From NCBI GenBank assembly GCA_021786105.1, contig JAJYNW010000005.1, positions 1 through 64,000 on the forward strand: a stretch of DNA of 64,000 nt, read 5' to 3'. Below, piece by piece: positions 48,495-59,206 of the stretch. Position 1 is the first letter of the stretch. Each line of letters begins with the position of its first letter. The position numbers and the translations under genes are program-made. The stretch comes from a bacterium. Lineage in GTDB: Bacteria > Patescibacteriota > Microgenomatia > Daviesbacterales > UBA10151. The notes beneath the pieces are model-generated. The model did not search any database. It was not told the DNA's origin and saw nothing but the letters and a program-made list of their open reading frames with translations.

Positions 48495-49501
48495 AGATTT
48501 TAGTTACTGGCGGTTGCGGTTTTATTGGGTCAAATTTTATCCGCTATTGGTCAAAAGCTCATCCGGATGATCAGGTAATAAACTTTGATAAGTTAACTTA
48601 TGCTGGGCATCTTTCTTCAACAAAAGATTTTGCCGATAATCCCAGCTACAAATTTATTCAGGGAGACATTTGTGATGAAGAATTGGTGAGCCAGGCAATG
48701 GAAGGGGTTGATACCGTGGTCCATTTTGCGGCTGAATCGCACGTTGACCGTTCCGTTTTGGATCCGATGGTTTTTATAAAAACAAACGTTTTAGGAACCG
48801 GAATACTTCTCAACACGGCCTTAAAACATTCAGTAAAGCGATTTCACCACGTCTCAACGGATGAAGTCTTTGGTCAACTAAAACCAGGAGAAGATCCCTG
48901 GACAGAGGATAGTAAATATATGCCAAGGACTCCTTATTCTGCCTCCAAAGCCGGGTCTGACCATCTGGTTCGGGCATATTTTGAAACTTATGGTTTGCCA
49001 GTAACAATTACCAATTGTGCCAATAATTTTGGTTTTTACCACGACCCGGAAAAATTAATTCCCCGATTTATTACCAACCTTTTGCTGGATAAAAAAGTTC
49101 CCTTAATGGGTAAAGGGGAAAATATCCGGGAGTGGTTATTTGCGGAAGACCATGCCCGAGCTATTGATTTGGTAATCCAGAAAGGTGAAATAGGAGAAAC
49201 TTACTGTGTAGGTGGGGAGGCAAAAACTAATTTAGAGGTGACGAAAGCAATCTTAAAGTTTTTAGGTAAGGATGAATCCTGGATCGAATATGTTGAACAC
49301 CGGTTAGGCCATGATTTTCGCTATGGTTTAGATGACGCCAAACTTAGAAAATTAGGATGGAAACCGGAACATGATTTTGATACTTGGCTTGAAAAAACCG
49401 TTAAATGGTACCAGGATAACAAGTGGTGGTGGGAACCGCTACTAAAAGATAAACCTGTGGTTGACAGGATAGCTCAAAAAAATTATGTCCAAAGCGTCTG
49501 A
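48491..49501 (+). CDS. rmlB: dTDP-glucose 4,6-dehydratase
   Basis: [32 protein letters not shown]. Confidence 0.96.
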   Translation: MKILVTGGCGFIGSNFIRYWSKAHPDDQVINFDKLTYAGHLSSTKDFADNPSYKFIQGDICDEELVSQAMEGVDTVVHFAAESHVDRSVLDPMVFIKTNVLGTGILLNTALKHSVKRFHHVSTDEVFGQLKPGEDPWTEDSKYMPRTPYSASKAGSDHLVRAYFETYGLPVTITNCANNFGFYHDPEKLIPRFITNLLLDKKVPLMGKGENIREWLFAEDHARAIDLVIQKGEIGETYCVGGEAKTNLEVTKAILKFLGKDESWIEYVEHRLGHDFRYGLDDAKLRKLGWKPEHDFDTWLEKTVKWYQDNKWWWEPLLKDKPVVDRIAQKNYVQSV

Positions 49502-50063
49502 ACATATTAAAACAACCGGAATAGAAGGTCTTTTTGTCATCGAACGGGAGACTCTTGATGATAGCAGAGGCTTCTTTAGAGAAGTTTTTCATCTTGATGA
49601 ACTGGAAGAAGTCCTAGGGTATAAGTTTGATGGAGTACAAATGAACCATTCGATGTCTAAGCCAGGGGTGGTTAGGGGAATTCATCCTGATCCTTGGGAT
49701 AAGTTAATCTATCCTGCCAGCGGCAAAGTATTTACAGCCATTGCTGATATTGACCCTAAGTCTCCAACATTTAAAAAGGTAGAGACCTTTACTATGGATG
49801 ATGATCATCGTTATGCTCTTTTTATTCGCAAGGGTTTGGGTAACAGTTTATGTGCCGTGGGAGAAGAACCTGTTAACTATATTTATTTGGTTACTTCTTA
49901 TTGGGATGGGAATTTGTTAAGCGGAATGAGGGCAGTAGCCTACAACGATCCGGATCTAAATATTGCCTGGCCGGTTGAAAACCCGATTATTTCCGAAAAA
50001 GATTTGCATAATAAAACTTTAAGGGAACATTATCAGGAGGAATATCCGGAGCTTTTTAGATGA
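49485..50063 (+). CDS. rmlC: dTDP-4-dehydrorhamnose 3,5-epimerase
   Basis: DSRGFFRE, QMNHS, VRGIH, DPDLNIAWP, SEKD. Confidence 0.92.
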   Translation: MSKASEHIKTTGIEGLFVIERETLDDSRGFFREVFHLDELEEVLGYKFDGVQMNHSMSKPGVVRGIHPDPWDKLIYPASGKVFTAIADIDPKSPTFKKVETFTMDDDHRYALFIRKGLGNSLCAVGEEPVNYIYLVTSYWDGNLLSGMRAVAYNDPDLNIAWPVENPIISEKDLHNKTLREHYQEEYPELFR

Positions 50064-50953
50064 ATAAGGTTTTGGTTTTTGGCGGGGAAGGATTAATCGG
50101 TTCCCGGTTTATTGAACTAAACAAAAAACGTTTTGATATCCAGACGCCCTTAGCGTGCGAAGTTGATTTTCTAAAAGATGACCAATTAGAAAAAGCCGTG
50201 AAGAGCTCCGATGCATCGATCATTATTAATTTTGTAGCTTATACCAATGTTGATGAGGCAGAAAAAGAAAAAGACAACAAGGATGGGGTGGTTTACAAAC
50301 TTAATGTCGGAAGCACGGAAAGGCTTACCCAGGCCTGTAAAGAAACCGGAAAATACTTAATTCATATTTCTACGGACTATGTTTTTGATGGTAAACAGGA
50401 AGACCGCCCTTATACTGAAGAAGATATTCCCAATCCTTTGAGCTGGTATGCCCAGACCAAATATCTCGCTGAGCAAGTTGTGACTGAAAGAGGGGATAAG
50501 TTTGCGATAGTACGTTTCGAACTTCCTTTCAGAAGCCACTACGAGATTAAAAAAGACATTGCCCGGTTTTTTGTGGAACAACTGCAACAAAATAAACAGA
50601 TAACGGCAATTACCGATCAAAAGATAACTCCATTATTTATTGACGACGGGGCTATGGCTTTGGGGGAGATAGCTGAGAATCAATCCCAGGGAGTTTACCA
50701 TGTTGTTTGCAGCGACTCGACTACTACCTTTGATTTTGTTAAATTAATTGCGGAAAAGTTCGGGTTGGATCAAAACTTAATTAAGCCCACAGCTTACGAT
50801 GAGTACAGTAAAACCCGGACTGCTCAAAGGCCTCACTATTCCTGGATGGATACCACAAAATTTAGGAAGCAGTTTGGAGAAGGAATTTTACATACAATTA
50901 GCGAGTCCCTGGATATTTTCAAACAGCAAATTGACGAAAAGAGTAGTAATTAG
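50060..50953 (+). CDS. rmlD: dTDP-4-dehydrorhamnose reductase
   Basis: AYTNVDEAE, ISTDYVFDG, YAQTK, A.RP..S. Confidence 0.9.
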   Translation: MNKVLVFGGEGLIGSRFIELNKKRFDIQTPLACEVDFLKDDQLEKAVKSSDASIIINFVAYTNVDEAEKEKDNKDGVVYKLNVGSTERLTQACKETGKYLIHISTDYVFDGKQEDRPYTEEDIPNPLSWYAQTKYLAEQVVTERGDKFAIVRFELPFRSHYEIKKDIARFFVEQLQQNKQITAITDQKITPLFIDDGAMALGEIAENQSQGVYHVVCSDSTTTFDFVKLIAEKFGLDQNLIKPTAYDEYSKTRTAQRPHYSWMDTTKFRKQFGEGILHTISESLDIFKQQIDEKSSN

Positions 50954-50967
50954 TTATATTAACTAGC

Positions 50968-51984
50968 ATGGCAAAGAAGAAACGGGCACTTATTACAGGC
51001 ATTACCGGACAAGACGGTTCCTACTTAACTGAGTTTTTGCTCGATAAAGGCTACGAAGTTGCAGGTTTGGTGAGAAGGACCATTACTAATGACCTCGGTA
51101 ATTCCAAACATCTCAAAGATGAAATTCTCGTTTATTATGGTGACCTCCAAGCTCCGGAATCAATAGCTTTAGCAATCTATGACTTTAAACCGGATGAGAT
51201 TTATAACTTAGCGGCGCAGTCTTCGCCAATGGCTTCGTTTAAGGACAAGTTAGGGACAATGGCAATTACCGGAACCGGAGCGGTGCATGTTTTTGACCGG
51301 GCTAAAGATATTGTTCCCAATGCTAAGATTTACCAAGCTTCTACCTCTGAGATGTTTGGTGCACCTCCTTGTGTACCGCAAAATGAAGAGACACCTCTAT
51401 CTCCGGCTAATCCTTATGCTGCAGCAAAACTTTATGCCCACCAAATGGCGAAGATTTCCCGGGTCGATAAAAACGATCCCCAATTTATCGCCTGTGGAAT
51501 ATTGTTTAACCATGAAAGTCCGCGACGTGGTATTAACTTTGTGACCAGGAAAATTACAGCCGCCGTTGCCTGTATTAAAAACGGCAAAACGGAAGGCATT
51601 CCTTTAAATGAATGGGGTGAGCCGATTGTCCAAAACGGAAAATTGAAGTTGGGTTACTTGGGTTCCAAGAGGGATTGGGGGTATTCCCCGGATTATGTCC
51701 AGGCAATGTGGCTGATGTTGCAGCAAGATAAACCGGATGATTTTATTGTGGCTACGGGAGAAGTCCATACAGTAGAAGATTTTTGCCGGGAAGCTTTTGC
51801 TGAAGTGGGGTTGGATTACAAGGATTATGTTGTTACTGACCCCAGTTTTATTCCTCCGGTAGAGACAGGGCCGCTTTGTGGGGATTACTCAAAAGCCAAA
51901 AAGGTTTTAGGCTGGAAACCAAAAACGACTTTTACGGAGTTGGTAAAAATTATGGTCCACTCCGATCTAGCTAAATTTTCCTAA
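50968..51984 (+). CDS. gmd: GDP-mannose 4,6-dehydratase
   Basis: TGITGQDGSYL, YNLAAQS, QASTSEMFG, FNHESPRRG..FVTRKI, RDWG. Confidence 0.93.
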   Translation: MAKKKRALITGITGQDGSYLTEFLLDKGYEVAGLVRRTITNDLGNSKHLKDEILVYYGDLQAPESIALAIYDFKPDEIYNLAAQSSPMASFKDKLGTMAITGTGAVHVFDRAKDIVPNAKIYQASTSEMFGAPPCVPQNEETPLSPANPYAAAKLYAHQMAKISRVDKNDPQFIACGILFNHESPRRGINFVTRKITAAVACIKNGKTEGIPLNEWGEPIVQNGKLKLGYLGSKRDWGYSPDYVQAMWLMLQQDKPDDFIVATGEVHTVEDFCREAFAEVGLDYKDYVVTDPSFIPPVETGPLCGDYSKAKKVLGWKPKTTFTELVKIMVHSDLAKFS

Positions 51985-52032
51985 GATCCCCACATTGTCA
52001 AATTATTTCAGGTTAGTTACAATCAACCAGTA

Positions 52033-53220
52033 ATGCCAAAGAAAAAAGTTGTCGTTTTGTTGCCGACTTATAACGAAAAGAATAATGTTGAGAAAGCAGC
52101 TAATGCAGTTCTTGCTCAAGAGAAAAATTTGCCGGGATGGGAAATAGAGGTTTTAATTTCTGATAGTAAATCCCCGGATGGGACGGGAGAGGTAGCTGCG
52201 CAACTTGCCAAAAAGAATCCCAAAATTCACTACCTTTCTACGGGTCGAGGTTTAGGTGTAGGTTTAATTGAAGGACATACTTATGCGGTTAAAAACTTAC
52301 ATCCGGATATCTTAGCCCAAATGGATGCTGACGGCCAGGTAGGTTGGGATGTGTTACCAAGATTGGTTAAAGCTATTGAGGAAGGTTATAATCTGGCTTT
52401 AGGATCTCGGTTTGTTTCCGGGGGGGCTAATAAACTATCCCCCATGCGCAGGTTATTTTCAGCCGGGTCTTCTTGGGTCAGCCGGATTTTGATTGGTCCT
52501 TTTGATGTTAAAGAGGTCACTAACTCTGCCCGAGCCTTTACTCCTGAATTATTCAAAAAAATCAACTTAGAAAGGCTTCCCTGGAAGGAACAAACTTTTA
52601 TTGTCCAACCGGCATTTTTGCATGAGGCGGTCATAGCCGGGGCCAAATATAAAGAGGTGCCGCTGGTTTTTGGTGATCGGGCGGAAGGGTATTCGAAAAA
52701 CAAGGTTCTCAACTACACCTATGATGTTATAACTTACGCTGTTGATGCCAGGTTGCATGCTTGGGGAATTAACATCCCTTTTTTCAAGGTGACCAGGAAA
52801 GCTAAAACTTTAATAAAGTTTAGTTTGGTGGGGTTGTTAGGAACTTTCGTCGACTTCTTCTTTTATAAATTATTTATCGGCAGTTTTAATATTCCTCCGG
52901 CTACTTCCAAAGGCATGTCAGCGGAATTAGCCATCATGAACAACTTTTTCTTTAATAATTTTTGGACTTTCCGCTCACGAAAAACCAATACTAACACTTG
53001 GCAAAGATTGGGAATGTTTAATCTTTTTAGTTTGGGAGGGTTGGTAATGGGGGTGCTCATAGTTAAATTCCTGCATACGTTATATGGAGATGGTTTTGCA
53101 ACTGTAGGAAATTTTAAGGTGGCATACAATAACTTTTATTTCTTTGCCACCATCCCTCCGGTTTTAGTTTGGAACTTTACCATAAATCATTTTATTACCT
53201 GGAAAAAACAAAAAGACTGA
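52033..53220 (+). CDS. GT2 polyprenol-phosphate glycosyltransferase fused to a GtrA flippase domain
   Basis: PTYNE, SPDGT, MDADGQ, GSR; C-terminal KFSLVG...NF..NN.WTF GtrA. Confidence 0.88.
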   Translation: MPKKKVVVLLPTYNEKNNVEKAANAVLAQEKNLPGWEIEVLISDSKSPDGTGEVAAQLAKKNPKIHYLSTGRGLGVGLIEGHTYAVKNLHPDILAQMDADGQVGWDVLPRLVKAIEEGYNLALGSRFVSGGANKLSPMRRLFSAGSSWVSRILIGPFDVKEVTNSARAFTPELFKKINLERLPWKEQTFIVQPAFLHEAVIAGAKYKEVPLVFGDRAEGYSKNKVLNYTYDVITYAVDARLHAWGINIPFFKVTRKAKTLIKFSLVGLLGTFVDFFFYKLFIGSFNIPPATSKGMSAELAIMNNFFFNNFWTFRSRKTNTNTWQRLGMFNLFSLGGLVMGVLIVKFLHTLYGDGFATVGNFKVAYNNFYFFATIPPVLVWNFTINHFITWKKQKD

Positions 53221-53469
53221 TTAAAGATTTGTAAATATTCGGACTAAGGCAAAAAACGCGATTGCTACCCAAATAATGTTAAGTACTGCTGGCTGGTAGT
53301 TTCTCTTATAAAATGAAATAGCTATAATTCCGATTGCTCCGGTTAGGTTAAGGAGTTGATATAAAATAGTATTTGAATTTAGCAAGGACCAACTTACAAG
53401 TGCGTAAGACCCAACGATTGCTGCAGTCCCATACCAGCCAAAAATTTCAATTAGTTGCTTTTTTGCCAT
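53221..53469 (-). CDS. Small three-TM membrane protein (CBU_0592-like)
   Basis: GWYG, YQLLNL.G, LNIIW; start MAKKQ at 53469. Confidence 0.72.
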   Translation of the reverse strand: MAKKQLIEIFGWYGTAAIVGSYALVSWSLLNSNTILYQLLNLTGAIGIIAISFYKRNYQPAVLNIIWVAIAFFALVRIFTNL

Positions 53470-53473
53470 ATTC

Positions 53474-54658
53474 TTAATTGAAAATTTGTGGGTTGGGGAA
53501 AGGCGCGGTGTTAGCCAAAATGAAATTTTGGGCATAAAGATAAATTGCCAAGGTAATAATTACTAAGACTATTTTAAACTCCTTGGAAGTAAGGTATCTC
53601 TCGAAAGCGATTAAGACAAAAGGAAAGATTGGTAAAACATAACGGCTGACATCCCGGTGGGCAACAAAAGTAGTCGCCCCAAGATAAGTGAGAGTGAAGA
53701 AAGCTAGGGGATAAAGCTTCTTCTTAAAAAGCGCTATTCCTCCGGCAAACCCTAAAAGAAGGATATAAACTATGTCTTCCAGCCACATACTTCCGACCCA
53801 GAATTGGTTTTTATTAAAGACTTGGTAAGGGGGGAAGGTAAGGTGAATATTGTCTCCGCTATGAAAGTAAGCGAAAAAATCTCCGTAGCTTATGGAATAC
53901 CAATAAAATATCCCCAATAGTGTTAAAGGGGCAAGGATTAAAGGGAAATAGGAAATTTTTAAGGAGATAATGCGCGGAAAAATATTATTCCATCCACCCT
54001 TAGCAAGTTTCCAAAGCAGATAGAGCGCTAAAGAGATAAACAACAAAATTCCGGGGGGCCGGGTAATTTGAGCACCTAACCCGGAAATTCCTGCCAAAAC
54101 AATAAATAAATAATTCTTTTTATCCTCATATTTCATAAAGAAGTATAAAGTGAGAATGGTAAAGAAAATAAACATTGGCTCAGCAGAGCCAACCGTATGG
54201 ACCACCAACCAACGGGCCGGAAGAATTAAAAAGACAACGCTCAAAAACAGCGGGTGTTCGCTAAGCTTAAAATCCCGAACCAGAAAATAGAAAGTAATTG
54301 CCGAAAGAACGGTAAAGCCTACAGCCACAAAAATCATTGATTTTAAAAAGCCCAAAATTGGGGCAAAAACTAGAATTGAAAGGGCATATCCGGGGAAATG
54401 AGCGGCAAAATAACCAGCTGGCATTGACTGGGGTAGGGTGGCAAAGGCTGGGGGACTATAAAGAGTTTTGGCGATCATGACATATTCCAGCCCGTCAAAA
54501 TTCCTATAGATTGTGTTGAACCCTTCAGAGAAATTTAATCCATAAAAATTAGGGATTCTCAGGATATGAGGAAGCCAAACTAATAAAGTAATACCTAATG
54601 TTGCCAGTATAATTATAGAAATATCTATGAAGGTCTTCTTCGAGGTAGAAGTTTCCAT
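53474..54658 (-). CDS. GT-C fold membrane glycosyltransferase (mannosyltransferase-like)
   Basis: FDG..Y..IA, HFPGY, AEP, TRP.G, RY..P; about 10 TMs. Confidence 0.72.
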   Translation of the reverse strand: METSTSKKTFIDISIIILATLGITLLVWLPHILRIPNFYGLNFSEGFNTIYRNFDGLEYVMIAKTLYSPPAFATLPQSMPAGYFAAHFPGYALSILVFAPILGFLKSMIFVAVGFTVLSAITFYFLVRDFKLSEHPLFLSVVFLILPARWLVVHTVGSAEPMFIFFTILTLYFFMKYEDKKNYLFIVLAGISGLGAQITRPPGILLFISLALYLLWKLAKGGWNNIFPRIISLKISYFPLILAPLTLLGIFYWYSISYGDFFAYFHSGDNIHLTFPPYQVFNKNQFWVGSMWLEDIVYILLLGFAGGIALFKKKLYPLAFFTLTYLGATTFVAHRDVSRYVLPIFPFVLIAFERYLTSKEFKIVLVIITLAIYLYAQNFILANTAPFPNPQIFN

Positions 54659-54686
54659 ATTCTAGGTTTAATGTTACCATACAACT

Positions 54687-55382
54687 ATGTCAGTGGACAG
54701 GTTATCAGTTTTTTTCCCGGCTTATAACGAAGAACAGAATATTGCCTTAACGGTTGAACAGGCATTAAAGGTTTTAAAAACTCTTGGGCTAAAAAACTAT
54801 GAAGTGATCATTGTGGATGATGGTTCCAGGGATGACACAGGTAAAATCGCTGATGAGCTTGCTGTAGAATATCCCGAAGTAAAGGTGGTTCATCAGAAGA
54901 ATCGTGGTTACGGCGGAGCGTTAAAAACCGGGTTTGAAAATTCAAAATATGAATGGGTAGCATTTGCTGATTCTGATGGACAGTTTGACTTTACGGATAT
55001 CACCAAGTTTTTGAATGAAGCTGATCGAGGAGACCTAATAGTGGGGTACCGCATTAAAAGGGCAGATTCTACGCTCCGGAAAATTACTACGTTTGGATGG
55101 AAAACAATCGCTAGAATTTTGATGGGTCTTAATGTCAGAGATTATTCATGTGGCTTCAAATTAATTAAAAAAGAAGTTTATGAAGCTGTTCTTCCTTTGG
55201 TTGGGGAAGAAAAAGTAACCCAGATTGAAATGTTGGTCAAAGCTAAGAGGCTTGGATTTAAGTTTGTGGAAGTCGGAGTACCTCATTATCCTCGAAAATT
55301 TGGTATCCAAACCGGGGCCAATTTGAAGGTTGTGCTAAAGAGTATCTCTGACCTTTTTAAACTCTGGTGGAAAATCCGTTAA
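54687..55382 (+). CDS. GT2 glycosyltransferase (polyprenol-phosphate sugar synthase-like)
   Basis: PAYNEE, VDDGSRD, N.GYGGA, DSDGQF, D..CGFK. Confidence 0.9.
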   Translation: MSVDRLSVFFPAYNEEQNIALTVEQALKVLKTLGLKNYEVIIVDDGSRDDTGKIADELAVEYPEVKVVHQKNRGYGGALKTGFENSKYEWVAFADSDGQFDFTDITKFLNEADRGDLIVGYRIKRADSTLRKITTFGWKTIARILMGLNVRDYSCGFKLIKKEVYEAVLPLVGEEKVTQIEMLVKAKRLGFKFVEVGVPHYPRKFGIQTGANLKVVLKSISDLFKLWWKIR

Positions 55383-55383
55383 G

Positions 55384-56892
55384 ATGAAGCCTTTTATTGC
55401 TTGGGTTAGGAAAAATCGTTTAGAAGTAGCAATTATTGTGCTAATTTTTTTCATGGCTGCATTCATGCGGTTTTACAATCTATCCGGCTACATGACTTTT
55501 TTGGGAGATGAGGGTCGGGATGCAATCATAATAAAACAGATTTTGGTGGACCATAATCTACCATTTATTGGGCCTCCGACATCGGTGGGGAACATCTACC
55601 TTGGTCCTTTTTATTACTACATGATGGCGGTATCGGAGACTTTCTTTTGGTTAAATCCGGTGGCAGCAGCGGGAATGGTGGCGGGGATCGGCGTAGCGAC
55701 AGTATTTTTAGTCTATTATCTGGCTCGACGCTGGTTTGGGTTTTTACCAGCTGTACTCGCAGCATCGCTTTACGCTATTTCGCCGATAAATATCATCTAT
55801 TCCCGTTCTTCCTGGAACCCCGATCCGGCACCGTTTTTTGCACTACTAGCTATCTTAGGAATCTATCAAGCCCGGGAGAGCCGGAATTTCCGCTGGTTTA
55901 TCTTAACCGGGGTAAGTCTGGCGGCAGCTTTACAGATGCATTATCTGGCGATGATTTTGATCCCGATATTGGGTTTACTATGGCTGTATGAATTAGTAGT
56001 TACCAAGACCAAAAATTATAGAAATTTCTGGACCAGTACTTTAGGAGCAGTTCTTGCCTTTATCTTAATTATGCTTCCACTGGTGCTTTTTGATTTCAAA
56101 CACAATTTCCTTAATTTCAAAGCAATGACGTCATTATTTTTTGGTGGAGGGAATTCTGTCGGGTTTAGTTTTTCCTCAACTTTAGGCCGGGTCCCTGCTA
56201 TTTTTAATAACTTGTTAATTGAGAGGTATATTGGAGGGCAGACTGATTTTATTGGATATACTGTCTCGGTATTAGTGCTGCTTACTTTAGGGTTTGCCAT
56301 TTGGAAGAAGTTTACTAAAGAGAGGGTTAGTTGGCCCTATTTTGCCTTAGGAACTTGGTTGGTGCTAGGAATTATAGGGATCTCTCTTTACCGCCAGCAG
56401 ATCTATGACCATTACTTGGGTTTTGTAAATCCTGCTCCATTTTTACTTCTCGGGGGATTGGTTAGCTTTCTAAAAGGAAGGAAGCAACTGGCTTTAATGT
56501 TGGTGCTTTTGCTAACTTTGGGGATATTCAATATTGCCAAATCTCCGCTGCAATATTCACCCAACAATCAGCTCCAAAGGACTCAAGAGATTGCCAAGTT
56601 TATAATCACTGAATCGGGAAATAAGCCGTTTAATTTTGCTCTTTTGGCGGAACATAACTATGATTCAGCCTACCAGTATTACTTAGATATTTATGGCCAC
56701 AAGCCAAAAGTTGTGCCTGATGAGATTACTGATCAGCTTTTTGTGGTTTGTGAAGATGTGGTTTGTAATCCTGTAGGCAGTCCAAAGTATGAAATAGCTG
56801 CCTTTGGTTGGGCAAAAGTAGAAAACAGATGGCAGGTGTTGGGAGTAAAAGTTTACAAATTGGTGCCTAATCCAACAGGTAAACCTTCCTGA
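55384..56892 (+). CDS. ArnT/PMT-like GT-C glycosyltransferase
   Basis: RFY.L, GDEGRD, GPFYYY, SRSSWNP, multiple TMs. Confidence 0.85.
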   Translation: MKPFIAWVRKNRLEVAIIVLIFFMAAFMRFYNLSGYMTFLGDEGRDAIIIKQILVDHNLPFIGPPTSVGNIYLGPFYYYMMAVSETFFWLNPVAAAGMVAGIGVATVFLVYYLARRWFGFLPAVLAASLYAISPINIIYSRSSWNPDPAPFFALLAILGIYQARESRNFRWFILTGVSLAAALQMHYLAMILIPILGLLWLYELVVTKTKNYRNFWTSTLGAVLAFILIMLPLVLFDFKHNFLNFKAMTSLFFGGGNSVGFSFSSTLGRVPAIFNNLLIERYIGGQTDFIGYTVSVLVLLTLGFAIWKKFTKERVSWPYFALGTWLVLGIIGISLYRQQIYDHYLGFVNPAPFLLLGGLVSFLKGRKQLALMLVLLLTLGIFNIAKSPLQYSPNNQLQRTQEIAKFIITESGNKPFNFALLAEHNYDSAYQYYLDIYGHKPKVVPDEITDQLFVVCEDVVCNPVGSPKYEIAAFGWAKVENRWQVLGVKVYKLVPNPTGKPS

Positions 56893-56916
56893 AGTTGTGT
56901 ATAATAAAAGTTAAGA

Positions 56917-57663
56917 ATGAGTAATCCCAAATTATCAGTTATTATTCCCGCTTATAATGCTGCAGAAGACTTAAAACGGGGAATATTAGATGATGTGGCC
57001 AAATACCTAGCGAAGCAGGGTTACCCCTCCGAAGTGTTAATTGTCAATGACGGTTCATCTGACCAAACCGCAGAAATTGTTAAGAAAAATATCGCTGATA
57101 AGAAAAGTTTCCGGTTGATCGATAATCCACATAAAGGAAAAGCGGTGACGGTAATGACCGGGCTTTTAGAAAGCTGTGGGGAGATTGCGGTTTTTACCGA
57201 TGTTGACCAGTCCACTCCGCTTCCTGAAATTGAGAAATTTTTTCCTAAATTTGAGCAAGGGTTTGATATTGTAATTGGTTCCAGATCAGGAAGGTCAGGA
57301 TCTCCTTTTATTCGGAAGATTGCAACTTTGGGATTTTCAATCTTAAGAACAGTTATTTTAGGTTTGAATATCTCCGATACCCAATGTGGGTTTAAAGCTT
57401 TTGACAGAAAAGCTATAGAACAAATTTTCCCTCCACTGCTTAAAAAATACCAAGAGGTAAATGTTTCGGGGCGGGCTTTAAATGCTGATTTTGATGCGGG
57501 ATTTTTGTTTTTAGCCGGAAAGAAAGGCTTAAAAATTGCCGAAGTTAAAGTTGATTGGCATGATGAAAATCCGGAATCCGCTAATCTGGTTAAAAACGCT
57601 ATTGATACTATCAAAGGGATGATCAGAATTCGGGTTAGTGATTTCCGGGGAGAGTATGCTTAA
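56917..57663 (+). CDS. GT2 dolichyl/polyprenyl-phosphate glucosyltransferase-like protein
   Basis: IIPAYN, VNDGSSD, GKA, FTDVD.S, DTQCGFKAF, FD. Confidence 0.88.
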   Translation: MSNPKLSVIIPAYNAAEDLKRGILDDVAKYLAKQGYPSEVLIVNDGSSDQTAEIVKKNIADKKSFRLIDNPHKGKAVTVMTGLLESCGEIAVFTDVDQSTPLPEIEKFFPKFEQGFDIVIGSRSGRSGSPFIRKIATLGFSILRTVILGLNISDTQCGFKAFDRKAIEQIFPPLLKKYQEVNVSGRALNADFDAGFLFLAGKKGLKIAEVKVDWHDENPESANLVKNAIDTIKGMIRIRVSDFRGEYA

Positions 57664-59206
57664 TCTATTAAAAACTCGCAAAGTGGAGTGCCTATCCTTA
57701 ATCCTTTTAATAGGACTTTATTTTGTTTTAAGACTACCACATTTAACTTTGCAGCCGATTTTTGCTGACGAGGCAATCTATATTCGCTGGGCCCAAGTGA
57801 TGGTAGCAGAACCAACCCTTCGATTTTTACCCGTTACTGATGGCAAAACACCACTTTTTATGTGGATCATGATGCCTTCATTCAAGTTTTTCGTTGACCC
57901 ACTACTAACCGGGAGGATTTTGTCTGTTTTTGCCGGAGCTGCTACTTTGGCGGGAGTGTTCTTTTTAGGGTGGAAGTTTTTCAACTTGAGAAGTGGTTTG
58001 TGGGCAGCCCTTCTTGTTGCCGTTACCCCATTTATAGTTTTTTTTGACCGTTTGGCTTTGGTGGATTCCATGTTGGCAGCTTTTTCGCTTTGGGCGTTAA
58101 TTTTGGGTTTATTGGTTGTGAAATATTTACGGGTAGATTTAGCAATGTGTTTAGGGTACGCCTTGGGGGGTGCGTTACTAACTAAAACTCCAGCAATGTT
58201 TAATTTCATTGCCCTCCCTTTCACTATTTTAACTACGAATTTTTCTCGGGTCGGTAGAGAAAAAAGGTTCTTAAAGATATTGTTGCTGTGGATTTTAGCA
58301 GTTGGCATTGCTCTGGTAATGTATAATTTTTTAAGGCTTGGACCGAGTTTTGAAAAACTTAATGCCAGGAATCAAGATTACGTTTTTTCCCCATTGGAGC
58401 TTGTTGGGAGGCCATTGGATCCTTTTATCCCTCACTTCCATGATGTTACTGAATTTTTCTCCAAATTAGTGGGAATAGTTGGGTCCTTGTTTGTAATTTT
58501 AGGAGTTATTTTGGCTATTGTTAAGAGAAACCGTGTGGGGTTGGTTATTTTGATTTGGAGTTTAATTCCGCTTTTAATCGAGATGGCTTTCCTAAAGACA
58601 TTTACTGCAAGGTATATTCTCTCTTCTATTGCCCCGCTTCTTATTTTAGCTGGATGGGGAATTTCCGAGATTGAGAAATTGATGACTGCAAGAATAAAAA
58701 ATAAAGTATTGCCCGCACTAGCTCTTTTTATAGTAATTGTTTTTTACCCGTTGTCTTTTGATTACTTATTGATAACTGCTCCTGCTCAGGCGGCAGTTCC
58801 GGTGAACGACCATAAAGGTTATTTTGAGGAATGGACTGCAGGTTATGGGTTTCCTGAGATTGCTCAATTTTTAATTGGGAAAGCCCAGAACGGTCCGGTT
58901 ATAGTTTTGACGGAGGGATTTTTTGGGACGCTTCCGGATGGATTGGAAATTTACCTGGAAAAGTATATCCATCAAGCGCCGAAAGGACATGAGATTGTAG
59001 TAAAAGGTACAGGCGGCATCAAGATTCCTGAAGATATAAGAAAAACAGCATTGACTAGTCAAGTGTATTTTGTTGCCAACCGTTCCCGGTTAGACCCTCT
59101 TCCGCCGGGGGTTGAATTAATTAAGGAATTCCCTAAAAATAAAACTTATATTAATTCACAGGAAGCGATCTTTCTTTTTAAAGTTTTGCCGGAGGTTAAA
59201 AAATGA
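57656..59206 (+). CDS. ArnT/PMT-like GT-C glycosyltransferase
   Basis: FADEAIY, GKTPLF, GRILS, DRLALVD, LTK, RY; multiple TMs. Confidence 0.85.
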   Translation: MLNLLKTRKVECLSLILLIGLYFVLRLPHLTLQPIFADEAIYIRWAQVMVAEPTLRFLPVTDGKTPLFMWIMMPSFKFFVDPLLTGRILSVFAGAATLAGVFFLGWKFFNLRSGLWAALLVAVTPFIVFFDRLALVDSMLAAFSLWALILGLLVVKYLRVDLAMCLGYALGGALLTKTPAMFNFIALPFTILTTNFSRVGREKRFLKILLLWILAVGIALVMYNFLRLGPSFEKLNARNQDYVFSPLELVGRPLDPFIPHFHDVTEFFSKLVGIVGSLFVILGVILAIVKRNRVGLVILIWSLIPLLIEMAFLKTFTARYILSSIAPLLILAGWGISEIEKLMTARIKNKVLPALALFIVIVFYPLSFDYLLITAPAQAAVPVNDHKGYFEEWTAGYGFPEIAQFLIGKAQNGPVIVLTEGFFGTLPDGLEIYLEKYIHQAPKGHEIVVKGTGGIKIPEDIRKTALTSQVYFVANRSRLDPLPPGVELIKEFPKNKTYINSQEAIFLFKVLPEVKK

